From an uncultured virus (IMG/VR IMGVR_UViG_3300025066_000004) (Duplodnaviria > Heunggongvirae > Uroviricota > Caudoviricetes), in the IMG/VR virus record IMGVR_UViG_3300025066_000004: a stretch of 20,000 nucleotides of DNA, one strand, 5' to 3'. The number at the start of each line of letters is the position of its first letter. Positions within the stretch are counted from its first letter, which is position 1. A program made the translations under genes and the position numbers. Under the pieces are notes generated by a model that did not search any database, had not been told where the DNA came from, and was given only the letters and a program-made list of their open reading frames with translations. Of the stretch, positions 9,955-18,213 are shown one piece after another.

Positions 9955-10332
9955 TTACGCAATAGTTGCGCCAACAGCACCCAAAGCAACCCAATTACCA
10001 TTTACAAACTTTAAGATTGCGGATTGTCCGTCTCCATCAAAAGTAATTGTGGTAAAGCCCAGGAAGTTAGCAGGAGTTAGAACAATGTCCTCTCCTACTG
10101 CCGCATCTTCTGCAATTAAAGTCATCGTAAACCCAGGATGACGAGCATCTGCTAACGTCATTGCGAGACTAGCATCCCCGCCTGTAGGATTTTTAAATCT
10201 GACTAATGGACAATTTGGATCAATGGCCCCGTCTGCGTCATAGAGAATACTTCTCTCTCCAGCCGTCCCGCCTTGTATAAGTTGAACCTTATCAAACTTA
10301 TTTACCTTATCAGTAACTACACCTCTACTCAT
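9955..10332 (-). CDS. Small beta-rich virion protein (about 125 aa)
   Basis: Start moved to ATG 10332 (AAGGAG RBS; overlaps the end of the upstream ORF). The TITFDGDGQSAILKFVNGNWV motif is typical of fibre/decoration domains. Confidence 0.65.
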   Translation of the reverse strand: MSRGVVTDKVNKFDKVQLIQGGTAGERSILYDADGAIDPNCPLVRFKNPTGGDASLAMTLADARHPGFTMTLIAEDAAVGEDIVLTPANFLGFTTITFDGDGQSAILKFVNGNWVALGAVGATIA

Positions 10333-10645
10333 GATCTTCTCCTTGCAGTTTTTCTGCCTCTCGCTCTGCCTCGATATCTCTTCGAATTTTCTCGACTTCT
10401 TGAGCCAGGGCTCCATTTTTTGTATCTTGCCAGCTTAACAGCTCGTCATAAAGACGGGTTGCTAAAACACAATATAAAGTATTTTGGCTATCACCAGCAA
10501 ACGCAGACTCCTGCGCTGCTACGAGTTGGTCATCTTTTCGATCCTGTAAGTACCGGAATAATGACCGGTAATTCCCGCTACTTAGATTCCTTGCTAGATC
10601 CAGAAGAAGATCGAGCTTTTGACTTGGACTCAGAAGATTTGTCAT
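10325..10645 (-). CDS. Hypothetical helical protein following the portal
   Basis: 106-aa ORF filling the gap between the portal and the next gene and overlapping both; start uncertain. Confidence 0.6.
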   Translation of the reverse strand: MTNLLSPSQKLDLLLDLARNLSSGNYRSLFRYLQDRKDDQLVAAQESAFAGDSQNTLYCVLATRLYDELLSWQDTKNGALAQEVEKIRRDIEAEREAEKLQGEDHE

Positions 10646-12890
10646 TTTTTGCCTTTTCTTTAGTCATCTTGAGCTCTGCTCGAAGGATGTCGAGTTCTTG
10701 CTCATGGACGGCTCTTTGATTTTTCATCTCTTGATTGAGATTTTTATTTTCAACTTGCTCAAGATTTAACCGAGCCTCCACAGGCACTTTAGCCTGAAGC
10801 TCTGCATTTTTTAATTTCGTAGAATCAAGTTCTTTCTCAGTTTGTTCGAGCTCTTTCAGAGTGCTCTCCCCTTGCTGCTGCATTTGCTCCATTTGCTGAC
10901 CCATCTCTTGCAACTGCTGGTTCATTATGTCTAACTGAGAGGAAAGCTCAGGGGTGTTTAAGATCTTGTCTTTATCAAACCCGATCCCCTCCATAGACAT
11001 TGTAAGGATATTTTTCCAGTTAAAGGAGTTTCGGATATCTGGGTTGAATTCTAAAAGAGCTGGAGTCATCTGAAGAAGCTCTGTAACCATTTGCTTATTC
11101 AGGAGCTGAAGAGCGAAAGTCTCGGCACCATAAACCGTGATATTCGCATCCACTAAGCCCTCATCCTCGGTAGCCGGATCATTCTGAAGGTAATGGTAGG
11201 TGCAGGATAAATCCCTCGAGATGATCTCTTGGTCAAAAGACCTTCGAATATCGAGCAAGATAACCTGAGCACTATTCAAATTCTGGGTAACTTCAGTTGC
11301 AGTTTGATGAGCCTGTTGAGTAACTCCAACTAAATTAGACGGGATCAAAGTAAGTTCATCTAACAACAACTCGAGTTTATCGAATAGTGCCATCAACTCT
11401 GCGCTAACTGATTCGAATTTAAGTTGGCTTAAAGCCCCACCCTGAGGACCCGCCCCTCGAACAAGAGTGCTACCAGGCTTAAACCGAACTTTCCCACCCG
11501 GGCGAAAGATCAGAGTTTGCTCGTCTACTACCGCAGGGTCGTAGGTAAACATCGCAGACCCTACGATAGTCGCGTTATCCTTTGATCGACTCCACAAATT
11601 TGACATAGCTCGGGCCGCTTCTCGCCCAAGAGCCATCACCCCAAACCCGTAATTTGTGTCCTCAACAGGAATCATCCTGTTGTAAGCAAGAGGACGTTTC
11701 CTGTCTGCCATGTAATTCGGGGAAGCGTAGATTAACTTGTCATTTAGGAAAATCAGGTTCACCTCAAAAGAGGAGAAGTCTCGATCATAGTCTTTTTGAG
11801 AATGTTCCTTAACCAACATCGCTTGGAGTTCTCGCAGAATTTCAGTGGTCCCAGACTTCGCCCATTCATCTAAATTATCTGAGGTAATAGACCCCCAGAA
11901 TTTTTTAAGAATAAAAGGCTGAGTATCTGTAGAAATAGAGGATTCTTGGAGACTGGAGGCCCCTTCATCCGAAGCCGGGGGCCCAGAGGGAGAATTTAAG
12001 GTTAGCGAAGACTCAGCCCCAAGGATAGAACGGATTTGTTCAAAGTCCCAGTTCCCTTTGCGGCCTAAAAACTCCGCCACTTGAGTTGAGTTAACCCGCT
12101 CTTTAACAAAACTCCCAAGACCATTCTGAGGATTACCTGAAGCATGAGGGTCTAAGAAAACATTATATGGACTGACTCTCGCCTGTCCAACGATAAATGA
12201 GTCCTTGAACGAAGGCTTAGATACAAGATCTAAAGACTCCTGACCCCCATCCTCGACTGATATAACATTTGTTTCGTAGTTTCGAACCCGTTTATTTTCT
12301 CGGATTCCCAACTCCATTGCACAGACCCCGTATTTAGCCAGGTCTTCAATACACTGGTGATATGTTTCCTCTGCACGGGATTCTTGCTTATGGTCGAGTA
12401 CTTGTTTTTCAGCCTTCTCAAGCCTTCGCTCAACCTTATCAACTAATTGCCGTACCATCTCCTCTGGAGGGGATTCCCCATTTACAAGGAGTTTACCTTT
12501 TCTATGCTGCTCTTCGACATCAGACTCTTCAGTAAGGGCTAAAGATCCAGTAACCCGACCATCCTTTGTTAAGTTCTGATAAAGATGGGCCACCATCGCA
12601 ACACACTTTGCACGAAGTTTCATCCCCCCAATATGAGTATCGTCTTTCCACCGATTAGGATCGTGGGAAGGACTGACGCCATAGACACTGCCAACCCATT
12701 TCCGGTAGTTAGACTTAGACGAGTCAACTCCTCCAAGAGGAAGAGCTAAAAAATCAACATCATCATGCTGAAATACCTCGTGCATCCAACTATTCCCAGA
12801 AACAAATTGATCATAGAGGGAAAGGTAGTGATCCTCTAATGGACTCTTCTCAGAAAAAACATAAGACTTATTCGGTTTGTCTTCAGGCAT
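10578..12890 (-). CDS. Portal protein (P22/N4-like, with C-terminal coiled-coil barrel)
   Basis: 770 aa directly after terL; motifs KYGVCAM, RVSPYNVFLDP, NYGFGV, IFRPGGK and QTATE; Q/E-rich coiled-coil tail. Confidence 0.88.
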   Translation of the reverse strand: MPEDKPNKSYVFSEKSPLEDHYLSLYDQFVSGNSWMHEVFQHDDVDFLALPLGGVDSSKSNYRKWVGSVYGVSPSHDPNRWKDDTHIGGMKLRAKCVAMVAHLYQNLTKDGRVTGSLALTEESDVEEQHRKGKLLVNGESPPEEMVRQLVDKVERRLEKAEKQVLDHKQESRAEETYHQCIEDLAKYGVCAMELGIRENKRVRNYETNVISVEDGGQESLDLVSKPSFKDSFIVGQARVSPYNVFLDPHASGNPQNGLGSFVKERVNSTQVAEFLGRKGNWDFEQIRSILGAESSLTLNSPSGPPASDEGASSLQESSISTDTQPFILKKFWGSITSDNLDEWAKSGTTEILRELQAMLVKEHSQKDYDRDFSSFEVNLIFLNDKLIYASPNYMADRKRPLAYNRMIPVEDTNYGFGVMALGREAARAMSNLWSRSKDNATIVGSAMFTYDPAVVDEQTLIFRPGGKVRFKPGSTLVRGAGPQGGALSQLKFESVSAELMALFDKLELLLDELTLIPSNLVGVTQQAHQTATEVTQNLNSAQVILLDIRRSFDQEIISRDLSCTYHYLQNDPATEDEGLVDANITVYGAETFALQLLNKQMVTELLQMTPALLEFNPDIRNSFNWKNILTMSMEGIGFDKDKILNTPELSSQLDIMNQQLQEMGQQMEQMQQQGESTLKELEQTEKELDSTKLKNAELQAKVPVEARLNLEQVENKNLNQEMKNQRAVHEQELDILRAELKMTKEKAKNDKSSESKSKARSSSGSSKESK

Positions 12891-12895
12891 ATTTT

Positions 12896-15145
12896 TTAGT
12901 CATCGTAACCATCTGAGGGCCTTAGATGGGATGGAGTTACTCCCTCAAACGACGTTGAGTCAAAGATACTGTCATATCGGAGTTGGTCAAGCTGCTCTTG
13001 CGAAATTTTTTGTTTTGTAGTCTTCTCAATCACAAACTCTCCACGCATCATAGGAGAGACTCCCGTTAGTAAACAGTCTACCAGGGAGAGCTCTTGACTT
13101 CGTGCAAAAACTCCGGCTCCAGTTAAATCTCGCTTTACAAAGGGTAGCACCCTCCAGAGATTTTTACAATTTGACGTAATTATAAGAGGCTTTGCCGCAT
13201 CACGAAGCTGTTGCTTTAAAAAGGGCACAGACAAACGATGATCGGGAGGAACAGGGATTACCACATCTCCCGTTTTAGTCATTTCTGTTAAATTTGACTG
13301 AGAAATTGAGTTAAATTCTTCTGACTCTTGTAAATAGTATACATAATCTGAGGAGATATTGAAGTTAGTTTCTAATTCTCTTATAAAACTTTGCACTTCC
13401 GCAACAGAATAAGAGGCACCTTTAAAGGAAGGATGGAGACTTGGGTCAACCCCATAGAGCTCTGCGAAAACAATAGGGGTGTTATGGAAAAAGTTATACC
13501 CAGCGATGGAACTTTCCGAATGTGCTCGAGTCAGCCAGAGCACTGAGAAGGGGTCCCCATTCGCAGGGATATTCACAGCCCGAACAATAGGCCAGTTACA
13601 GGGAGGACGGAAAGAAGGAAAAAAGTTCTTGTTTCCGATATCCTCCCCGAACATTGCATCAGCCATTAAATTCAGTAAAAATCTCAAGAGCTGGGAAAGG
13701 GAATCTACTTGATCGTCATGTTTAGCATTAGGGAATTTTTTCAATTCGTCAATAAAATCTGTAAGCCAGGGAGCGTTTCTAGGAAGCTTAACTCGCCCCG
13801 CCTCAATAAGAGAAGTGACGGACATGGCTCTTGCAAGCTTACTATCCCCCCGAACATGAAACGGTTCAACTGGAAGAATAGTCTGTTTCAAGTCTTCTAC
13901 CAGATCAATTCCAGAGGATTTATATTCAATTACAACCTTGTGAGGACGATGCTCCTTGTACTCATCCAAAATCAACTGTTTTAGATCCGGATAAGTAAAC
14001 TTCCCCCGGGTGAGATCTGTCAGGTAAACATTCAGACCATCAAATACAGCAGTGATCCCCACCGAAGGGTCGGAAGACTCGTTACGAGTCGAACCAGTAT
14101 CCCAAGACTGAACAGAGAATACAACATTAGAAGGAAGATCAGAATCTCCGTAATACGTCCACCACTGCTCTTTGAAGATTTCTCCTTCTTCAATAGAGGG
14201 GCGCTGTTGGTACAAGGCAACAAAGTCTGGTTCATCTACAGCTCTTATCGACAGATATCGGTCTAGGGGAAACTTACGAGGGTAGAGCGGCGCACCTTTT
14301 TTGCGTGAAAAGAACTCTGAGCCAAGTCTTTCTTGGTAGTCAGGGTTGAAAATTTGAAACTTCTCATCCTTCTCAGCGATAGCAGGGAGAGACAAGACCT
14401 CCCAATTCTCGTTAAACCGATCAGAATCTGAATCTGGGGCGAGTGCAGTCTCCATCTCCTTAGCAAGAAGCCTCCCTGCCAAGTCATCTTCGTGCCATCT
14501 TGTCATAATCAAAACTACCGCCGACCTTCTTTCCTCTAAACGGGTGTAAGCTACAGCGGTATACCAGTCCCAAATTCTATCGCGGATAGTCTTACTGTTG
14601 GCCTCAGCCCTGTCTTTCACAGGATCATCAATGATGAAAACGTGGGCCCCTTTTCCTGTCGCAGATCCCCCAACGGAAGTCCCAAAATACTTAGAACGAC
14701 GGGTCCTATTGTTCACCTGGTGATAGACCTCCCAGTCTGTTCTGGCAGATGCATCTTGAGAAAGGGAGGCTTGAGGGAAAACCTCCTTAAATTCGGCACT
14801 TTGGACGTAATTCCGGGCGTCTTTTCCGAAAGATGCTGCCAATTCCGCAGAATACGTGGACGCGATAACCTCTTTTTGGGCATTTCTGCCCAAAAACCAA
14901 GACGGAAACAGCCTAGAACTGAGCTCAGTCTTCCCATGCCGGGGAGGCATGAAGATCATGAGCCGGGGGATATCCCCTCTTTCTGCAGCCTCTAGTCGGT
15001 CTGCAATAAGGTAATGGAAGGGCTCAGGATGGTAAGAATCTAGCATTAAAAGAGCATAATCTATGAGATTACCTCTAGCTTTTACCACTCTAAGCTTCCT
15101 TAAAGTCTCAAGTTTCTGGGCAATTTCTAAGGAATCATCTGGCAT
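12896..15145 (-). CDS. terL: Terminase large subunit with about 255-aa C-terminal extension
   Basis: Walker A MPPRHGKT, Walker B FIIDDPVKD, MTRWHEDDLAGRLL, and nuclease motifs QSWDTG / IEYKSSG / HDDQVDSLSQ. Confidence 0.95.
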   Translation of the reverse strand: MPDDSLEIAQKLETLRKLRVVKARGNLIDYALLMLDSYHPEPFHYLIADRLEAAERGDIPRLMIFMPPRHGKTELSSRLFPSWFLGRNAQKEVIASTYSAELAASFGKDARNYVQSAEFKEVFPQASLSQDASARTDWEVYHQVNNRTRRSKYFGTSVGGSATGKGAHVFIIDDPVKDRAEANSKTIRDRIWDWYTAVAYTRLEERRSAVVLIMTRWHEDDLAGRLLAKEMETALAPDSDSDRFNENWEVLSLPAIAEKDEKFQIFNPDYQERLGSEFFSRKKGAPLYPRKFPLDRYLSIRAVDEPDFVALYQQRPSIEEGEIFKEQWWTYYGDSDLPSNVVFSVQSWDTGSTRNESSDPSVGITAVFDGLNVYLTDLTRGKFTYPDLKQLILDEYKEHRPHKVVIEYKSSGIDLVEDLKQTILPVEPFHVRGDSKLARAMSVTSLIEAGRVKLPRNAPWLTDFIDELKKFPNAKHDDQVDSLSQLLRFLLNLMADAMFGEDIGNKNFFPSFRPPCNWPIVRAVNIPANGDPFSVLWLTRAHSESSIAGYNFFHNTPIVFAELYGVDPSLHPSFKGASYSVAEVQSFIRELETNFNISSDYVYYLQESEEFNSISQSNLTEMTKTGDVVIPVPPDHRLSVPFLKQQLRDAAKPLIITSNCKNLWRVLPFVKRDLTGAGVFARSQELSLVDCLLTGVSPMMRGEFVIEKTTKQKISQEQLDQLRYDSIFDSTSFEGVTPSHLRPSDGYDD

Positions 15146-15178
15146 TATTCTCTAATTTTAAAGGTTTTTTAGAATTTG

Positions 15179-15385
15179 TTAATAGATTTTGAAGAATCTG
15201 AGATCCTCTATCCCAGAGCACGATTCTTCTACATCGAAGGTATATTCTCCAGATAATAGGTCATGAGAGAACGAGTCAAAATGGTCCCGATTACGGAAAT
15301 TCAGGTACTCATATACGAATTTCGGGGGCCCTTGAGCCTCGTATACCTTGGTAAAGGTCATGAGATAACACCTAGGATCATGCAA
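15179..15385 (-). CDS. Hypothetical protein (68 aa), first gene of the terL operon
   Basis: GAGGAGG about 6 nt upstream of a TTG start. Confidence 0.55.
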   Translation of the reverse strand: MHDPRCYLMTFTKVYEAQGPPKFVYEYLNFRNRDHFDSFSHDLLSGEYTFDVEESCSGIEDLRFFKIY

Positions 15386-15522
15386 AATACGCCTCCTCAG
15401 AACCCTATTCTACACTATCCGGTACTAGAACCTCCATTCTGGGCAATAAGCTCTCAGAGTCCTTCCTACGGCAAATGGGTGGGTGTTATACCCCGTGGCA
15501 GGTATGTGGGATGCTGGAAATT

Positions 15523-15630
15523 CAAGGTATCCGTAGATAGTCAGTAGAACTGGCCTTTCGGGACGAAGCCTCCTCCGGAGGTGCCCAGAGGGCATCCCGA
15601 AGGGCCCAGTCTACTTGCTAGATACCCTTG
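15523..15630. repeat. Imperfect long inverted repeat with two internal hairpins (T/Y-shaped)
   Basis: AGTAGAACTGGCCTTTCGGGA (15543-63) pairs with TCCCGAAGGGCCCAGTCTACT (15595-615); outer CAAGGTATC/GATACCCTTG; inner CCTCC-TCC-GGAGG and TGCCC-AGA-GGGCA. Confidence 0.8.
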
Positions 15631-15745
15631 GGTAGTGGGTAGGTTCATACTATATAAGAGCCCTCCAAACTCCCTACCCCTGTAACCCGCTCCCAGAGCG
15701 GTTCTCCAAGATCCGGTAGTTTTTGGTAGTTCCACCCTCCCTACC

Positions 15746-15775
15746 TTGACCACATACCCTCAAAAATGCTATCAT
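15746..15775 (+). promoter_or_regulatory. Sigma70-type promoter for the helicase operon
   Basis: TTGACC, 18-bp spacer, TATCAT with extended -10 TGn; the predicted start near 15782 coincides with the start of a long stem. Confidence 0.7.
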
Positions 15776-15782
15776 ATTCATA

Positions 15783-15908
15783 TGACCGAAAACTCACTGC
15801 CACTAAAAATGTAACCCGGTTCTGAGAGGCTTCCTCTCCAGCGAGCAGATTTAGTGTTTTCGGTCAATCTCACTTTACGTTCTTGTGAGGTTTCTCAGAA
15901 CCTGGGTT
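15783..15908 (+). ncRNA. Structured leader resembling P4 CI / P1 C4 antisense RNA plus downstream target
   Basis: Stems TGACCGAAAA/TTTTCGGTCA and CACTAAA/TTTAGTG with an 8-nt bulge; bulge and loop are complementary to 15885-15908. Confidence 0.55.
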
Positions 15909-15929
15909 TTTAACAAAGGATTGACCTCC

Positions 15930-17246
15930 ATGGAAATTGACCAAAATCTCGCCCAAAACATCGACTCCGCAGTCGAAGAATTAGACCGAATTTTCACCCA
16001 TTTTTACCTTCCCGACTTACCCTTAGAAGAGTTCAGGACCCGGCTTGAGCCATGCCTTGATGAACTGCACACTTTTGCCAAATCTGCAGGGCTAACCCTA
16101 GATGAAGAAATCAAGCTATACTATACCTCTCAGCCAGACTCCGACATTAAAGAAGGTGTAGTGCTCCCCACATTCAATTTCGCAGAATTCTTAACCTACG
16201 AACCCGCTCCTGAGAAATTCCTCATAGAAGGAATCCTCCCAGAAAACACTCCAGCCGTCTTGTACGGAACAGGGGGTGTCGGAAAATCGTACTTAACCAT
16301 CCAGCAAGCCGTTGCCTTGGCAACCGGACTCCCTTACTTAGACCGCTTCGAGGTCAAAGAAAAAAGGCAAGTCTTAATCATTGCCCAAGAAGACTCCAAA
16401 AACCAAATCCATTTACGAATCAAAAGAATCCTCGAGCATCTGTGTGAAATCCACGATCTCAATCCAAAAGACTTGGCTGAAGATCTTAAGAACATCGTTG
16501 CCGTGGACTTCTCTCAACTCAGAAAAGACCATCGCAAGATGAAAAGGAATCTCACTGACCCTTCAGAGGAGTTTTTCAACTCAATCAAGCAAACGGTTAA
16601 CAGTTTAGGAAACGTGGGTCTCATAATCGCAGACCCTCTAAACAAACTTTATGGTTCTGACATGAACGCCAATGACTTAGCAACAGACTTCATGCTCCGC
16701 ATTGAAGATCTCTGTGAAACTCTAAACGTCACTGTTGAAATCATCCATCACAAAAACAAAACTTCAGATTCTGTAAAATTCCGTTCTTACGGAGCAGGAG
16801 GCTCAATGGGAGCCGCTTCTTTCATTAACGGCGCTCGTCATGCAATCGAGGTAGACAAAGCCAACAAGCAAAACGACAAAATTCCTTCTGAAGATAGGGG
16901 TAACACCTTCCTTCACAACATTTCCAAATCCAATTACATGGCAGATGGAGATGAAAGAATTTTTTACATGAGAAAAAACACTAATGGAGTCCTCTATTAC
17001 TTTGATATCGAAAAACTCCGCATTGAAAGGGAGAAAAACCAAGAACGCCTCCAACTTGAGCGTCAAGAAGACCTGGCTCTCAAATGTAGAACTGCTCTAG
17101 ACCGAGGTCCTTTGAGAAAAATGGCTTTTTACGAAGCAATTGGTTATGAGAAATCAACCGGGGCTAAAAAACTCAAAGAAGCCTTAGCTTCTAACATCGT
17201 CGCTCTCGACGATAAAGGTCAGGTGGCTTTAAGTGCGCAAAACTGA
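15930..17246 (+). CDS. AAA_25 / RSF1010 RepA-like (SF4-type) helicase
   Basis: Walker A GTGGVGKS, QEDS, Walker B IIADPL, IIHHKNK and GAASFINGAR. ATG 15930 has an AAAGGA RBS; an in-frame GTG at 15885 is an alternative start. Confidence 0.85.
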   Translation: MEIDQNLAQNIDSAVEELDRIFTHFYLPDLPLEEFRTRLEPCLDELHTFAKSAGLTLDEEIKLYYTSQPDSDIKEGVVLPTFNFAEFLTYEPAPEKFLIEGILPENTPAVLYGTGGVGKSYLTIQQAVALATGLPYLDRFEVKEKRQVLIIAQEDSKNQIHLRIKRILEHLCEIHDLNPKDLAEDLKNIVAVDFSQLRKDHRKMKRNLTDPSEEFFNSIKQTVNSLGNVGLIIADPLNKLYGSDMNANDLATDFMLRIEDLCETLNVTVEIIHHKNKTSDSVKFRSYGAGGSMGAASFINGARHAIEVDKANKQNDKIPSEDRGNTFLHNISKSNYMADGDERIFYMRKNTNGVLYYFDIEKLRIEREKNQERLQLERQEDLALKCRTALDRGPLRKMAFYEAIGYEKSTGAKKLKEALASNIVALDDKGQVALSAQN

Positions 17247-17403
17247 TGGCAAGGATTTTACTGACCGGGAAATTATCTCCAAACTTTGTACTCGAGTTCT
17301 CGAACTCCAGGACCGCTTAAACAAGCTCGAAGGAAACTGTCGCTCAGACCAAATATCTAAAGCAATCGCTAATGATCCTCGACATAGCTATAAACTAAAA
17401 TAA
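17233..17403 (+). CDS. Small hypothetical protein (56 aa)
   Basis: Read by eye: GTG start with AGGTGG upstream, MRKTDGKDFTDREIISKLCTRVLELQDRLNKLEGNCRSDQISKAIANDPRHSYKLK; fills the gap between helicase and terminator. Confidence 0.5.
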   Translation: MRKTDGKDFTDREIISKLCTRVLELQDRLNKLEGNCRSDQISKAIANDPRHSYKLK

Positions 17404-17421
17404 TTTATAATTTTTTTCTTT

Positions 17422-17454
17422 TCCCCTCTTCTTCGGAAGGGGGGATTTTTTTTT
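17422..17454 (+). terminator. Intrinsic terminator of the helicase operon
   Basis: TCCCCTCTTC-TTCG-GAAGGGGGGA followed by T9. Confidence 0.9.
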
Positions 17455-17498
17455 ACCCAAAACCTAAATTTTCAAAAAATTAATTAGCGAGGTATGGG

Positions 17499-17522
17499 TT
17501 CACTCCGCTTCCGCTCCGTAAA
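17499..17522 (-). promoter_or_regulatory. GGA-zipper hairpin motif, copy 1
   Basis: Minus strand TTTAC-GGA-GC-GGAA-GC-GGA-GTGAA. Confidence 0.45.
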
Positions 17523-17571
17523 GAGAGGCCCCCTCATTTCGGGGGCCACCCCCCCTACCGGGGAGTTTGTT

Positions 17572-17596
17572 ACACACTCCGCTTCACTCCATGTGT
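17572..17596 (-). promoter_or_regulatory. GGA-zipper hairpin motif, copy 2 (candidate template-strand promoter)
   Basis: Minus strand ACACAT-GGA-GT-GAA-GC-GGA-GTGTGT, 63 nt before ATG 17660. Confidence 0.55.
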
Positions 17597-17659
17597 CTAT
17601 TGATTATGAAGTTTCTCTCACGGTGAGAGGAACAAGAGTGCTGATTGCTAGGAGGTCGC

Positions 17660-17848
17660 ATGAACTGCGAACTGTGTAGCAAAGCCGCTTACCAGGACAC
17701 AGGGCTATGCCCTGAATGTCTCTGGGATGAGGAGTCAAAGGCTATCTTCCTTCAGATGATGAAGGAGATAGCTGAGGACACAAGGGCAGAGACCCTTGTG
17801 GACCTTGACTCCTGCCCTGCGGAACAAGACGACGAGCATTGTCTATAA
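17660..17848 (+). CDS. Small Zn-finger-like protein (62 aa)
   Basis: GGAGG RBS; CELC and CPEC motifs; acidic tail. Confidence 0.7.
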   Translation: MNCELCSKAAYQDTGLCPECLWDEESKAIFLQMMKEIAEDTRAETLVDLDSCPAEQDDEHCL

Positions 17849-17894
17849 AAACTGCTCAAAAGGTGCCGTGTCCCACCTATGGTAAACGTGACAC
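17827..17894 (+). ncRNA. Tandem double H-type pseudoknot module, copy 1
   Basis: [AGACGA]C[GAGCA][TTGTCT]ATAAAAAC[TGCTC] then [AGGTG]CC[GTGTC]C[CACCT]ATGGTAAACGT[GACAC]. Confidence 0.65.
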
Positions 17895-17916
17895 TTTGAT
17901 TCAAAGGGGAAGCATC

Positions 17917-18213
17917 ATGCCGTGGTATGAATGCAAGAGCTTTGATAACTGCAAACAGTTAATAGACGAGGCATACGAGTACTTACTCTGTCCTCAATGT
18001 CTAGAGGCTGAAAGCAAGGAGAGCATCATTAACCCTAAGGATGCTATCCACATATTTTGCAGTTGGTGTGGACTGGAACTGTCTTCACTGGAGTGCCCAG
18101 CCTGTGACAAGGAAACAGGTATGGAAACTTACGCTTGTAGAGAGTGTGAGGAACAAACTCCAATAGAAGACGGGCCAGTCTGCGAAGACTGCCAGCAGGA
18201 CTGTTACATCTAG
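17917..18213 (+). CDS. Multi-CxxC zinc-ribbon protein (98 aa)
   Basis: Start moved to ATG 17917 (AAGGGG RBS); CPQC, CSWC, CPAC, CREC and CEDC motifs. Confidence 0.75.
   Translation: MPWYECKSFDNCKQLIDEAYEYLLCPQCLEAESKESIINPKDAIHIFCSWCGLELSSLECPACDKETGMETYACRECEEQTPIEDGPVCEDCQQDCYI

Noticed and set aside
1428..14995. Numerous antisense and alternate-frame ORFs within structural genes
   Set aside because: Shadows of long genuine genes with no recognisable motifs.
12896..15145. Intein or intron explaining the long terL
   Set aside because: ATPase and nuclease motifs are contiguous and the extra length is C-terminal, with no intein splice or homing-endonuclease motifs.
15543..15615. tRNA gene
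   Set aside because: No T-loop, D-loop or 7-nt anticodon loop; inner hairpins have 3-nt loops.
15263..15753. ORFs 15263-15547(+) and 15541-15753(-)
   Set aside because: No evident RBS, and the translations reflect the palindromic, G/C-tract-rich non-coding region.
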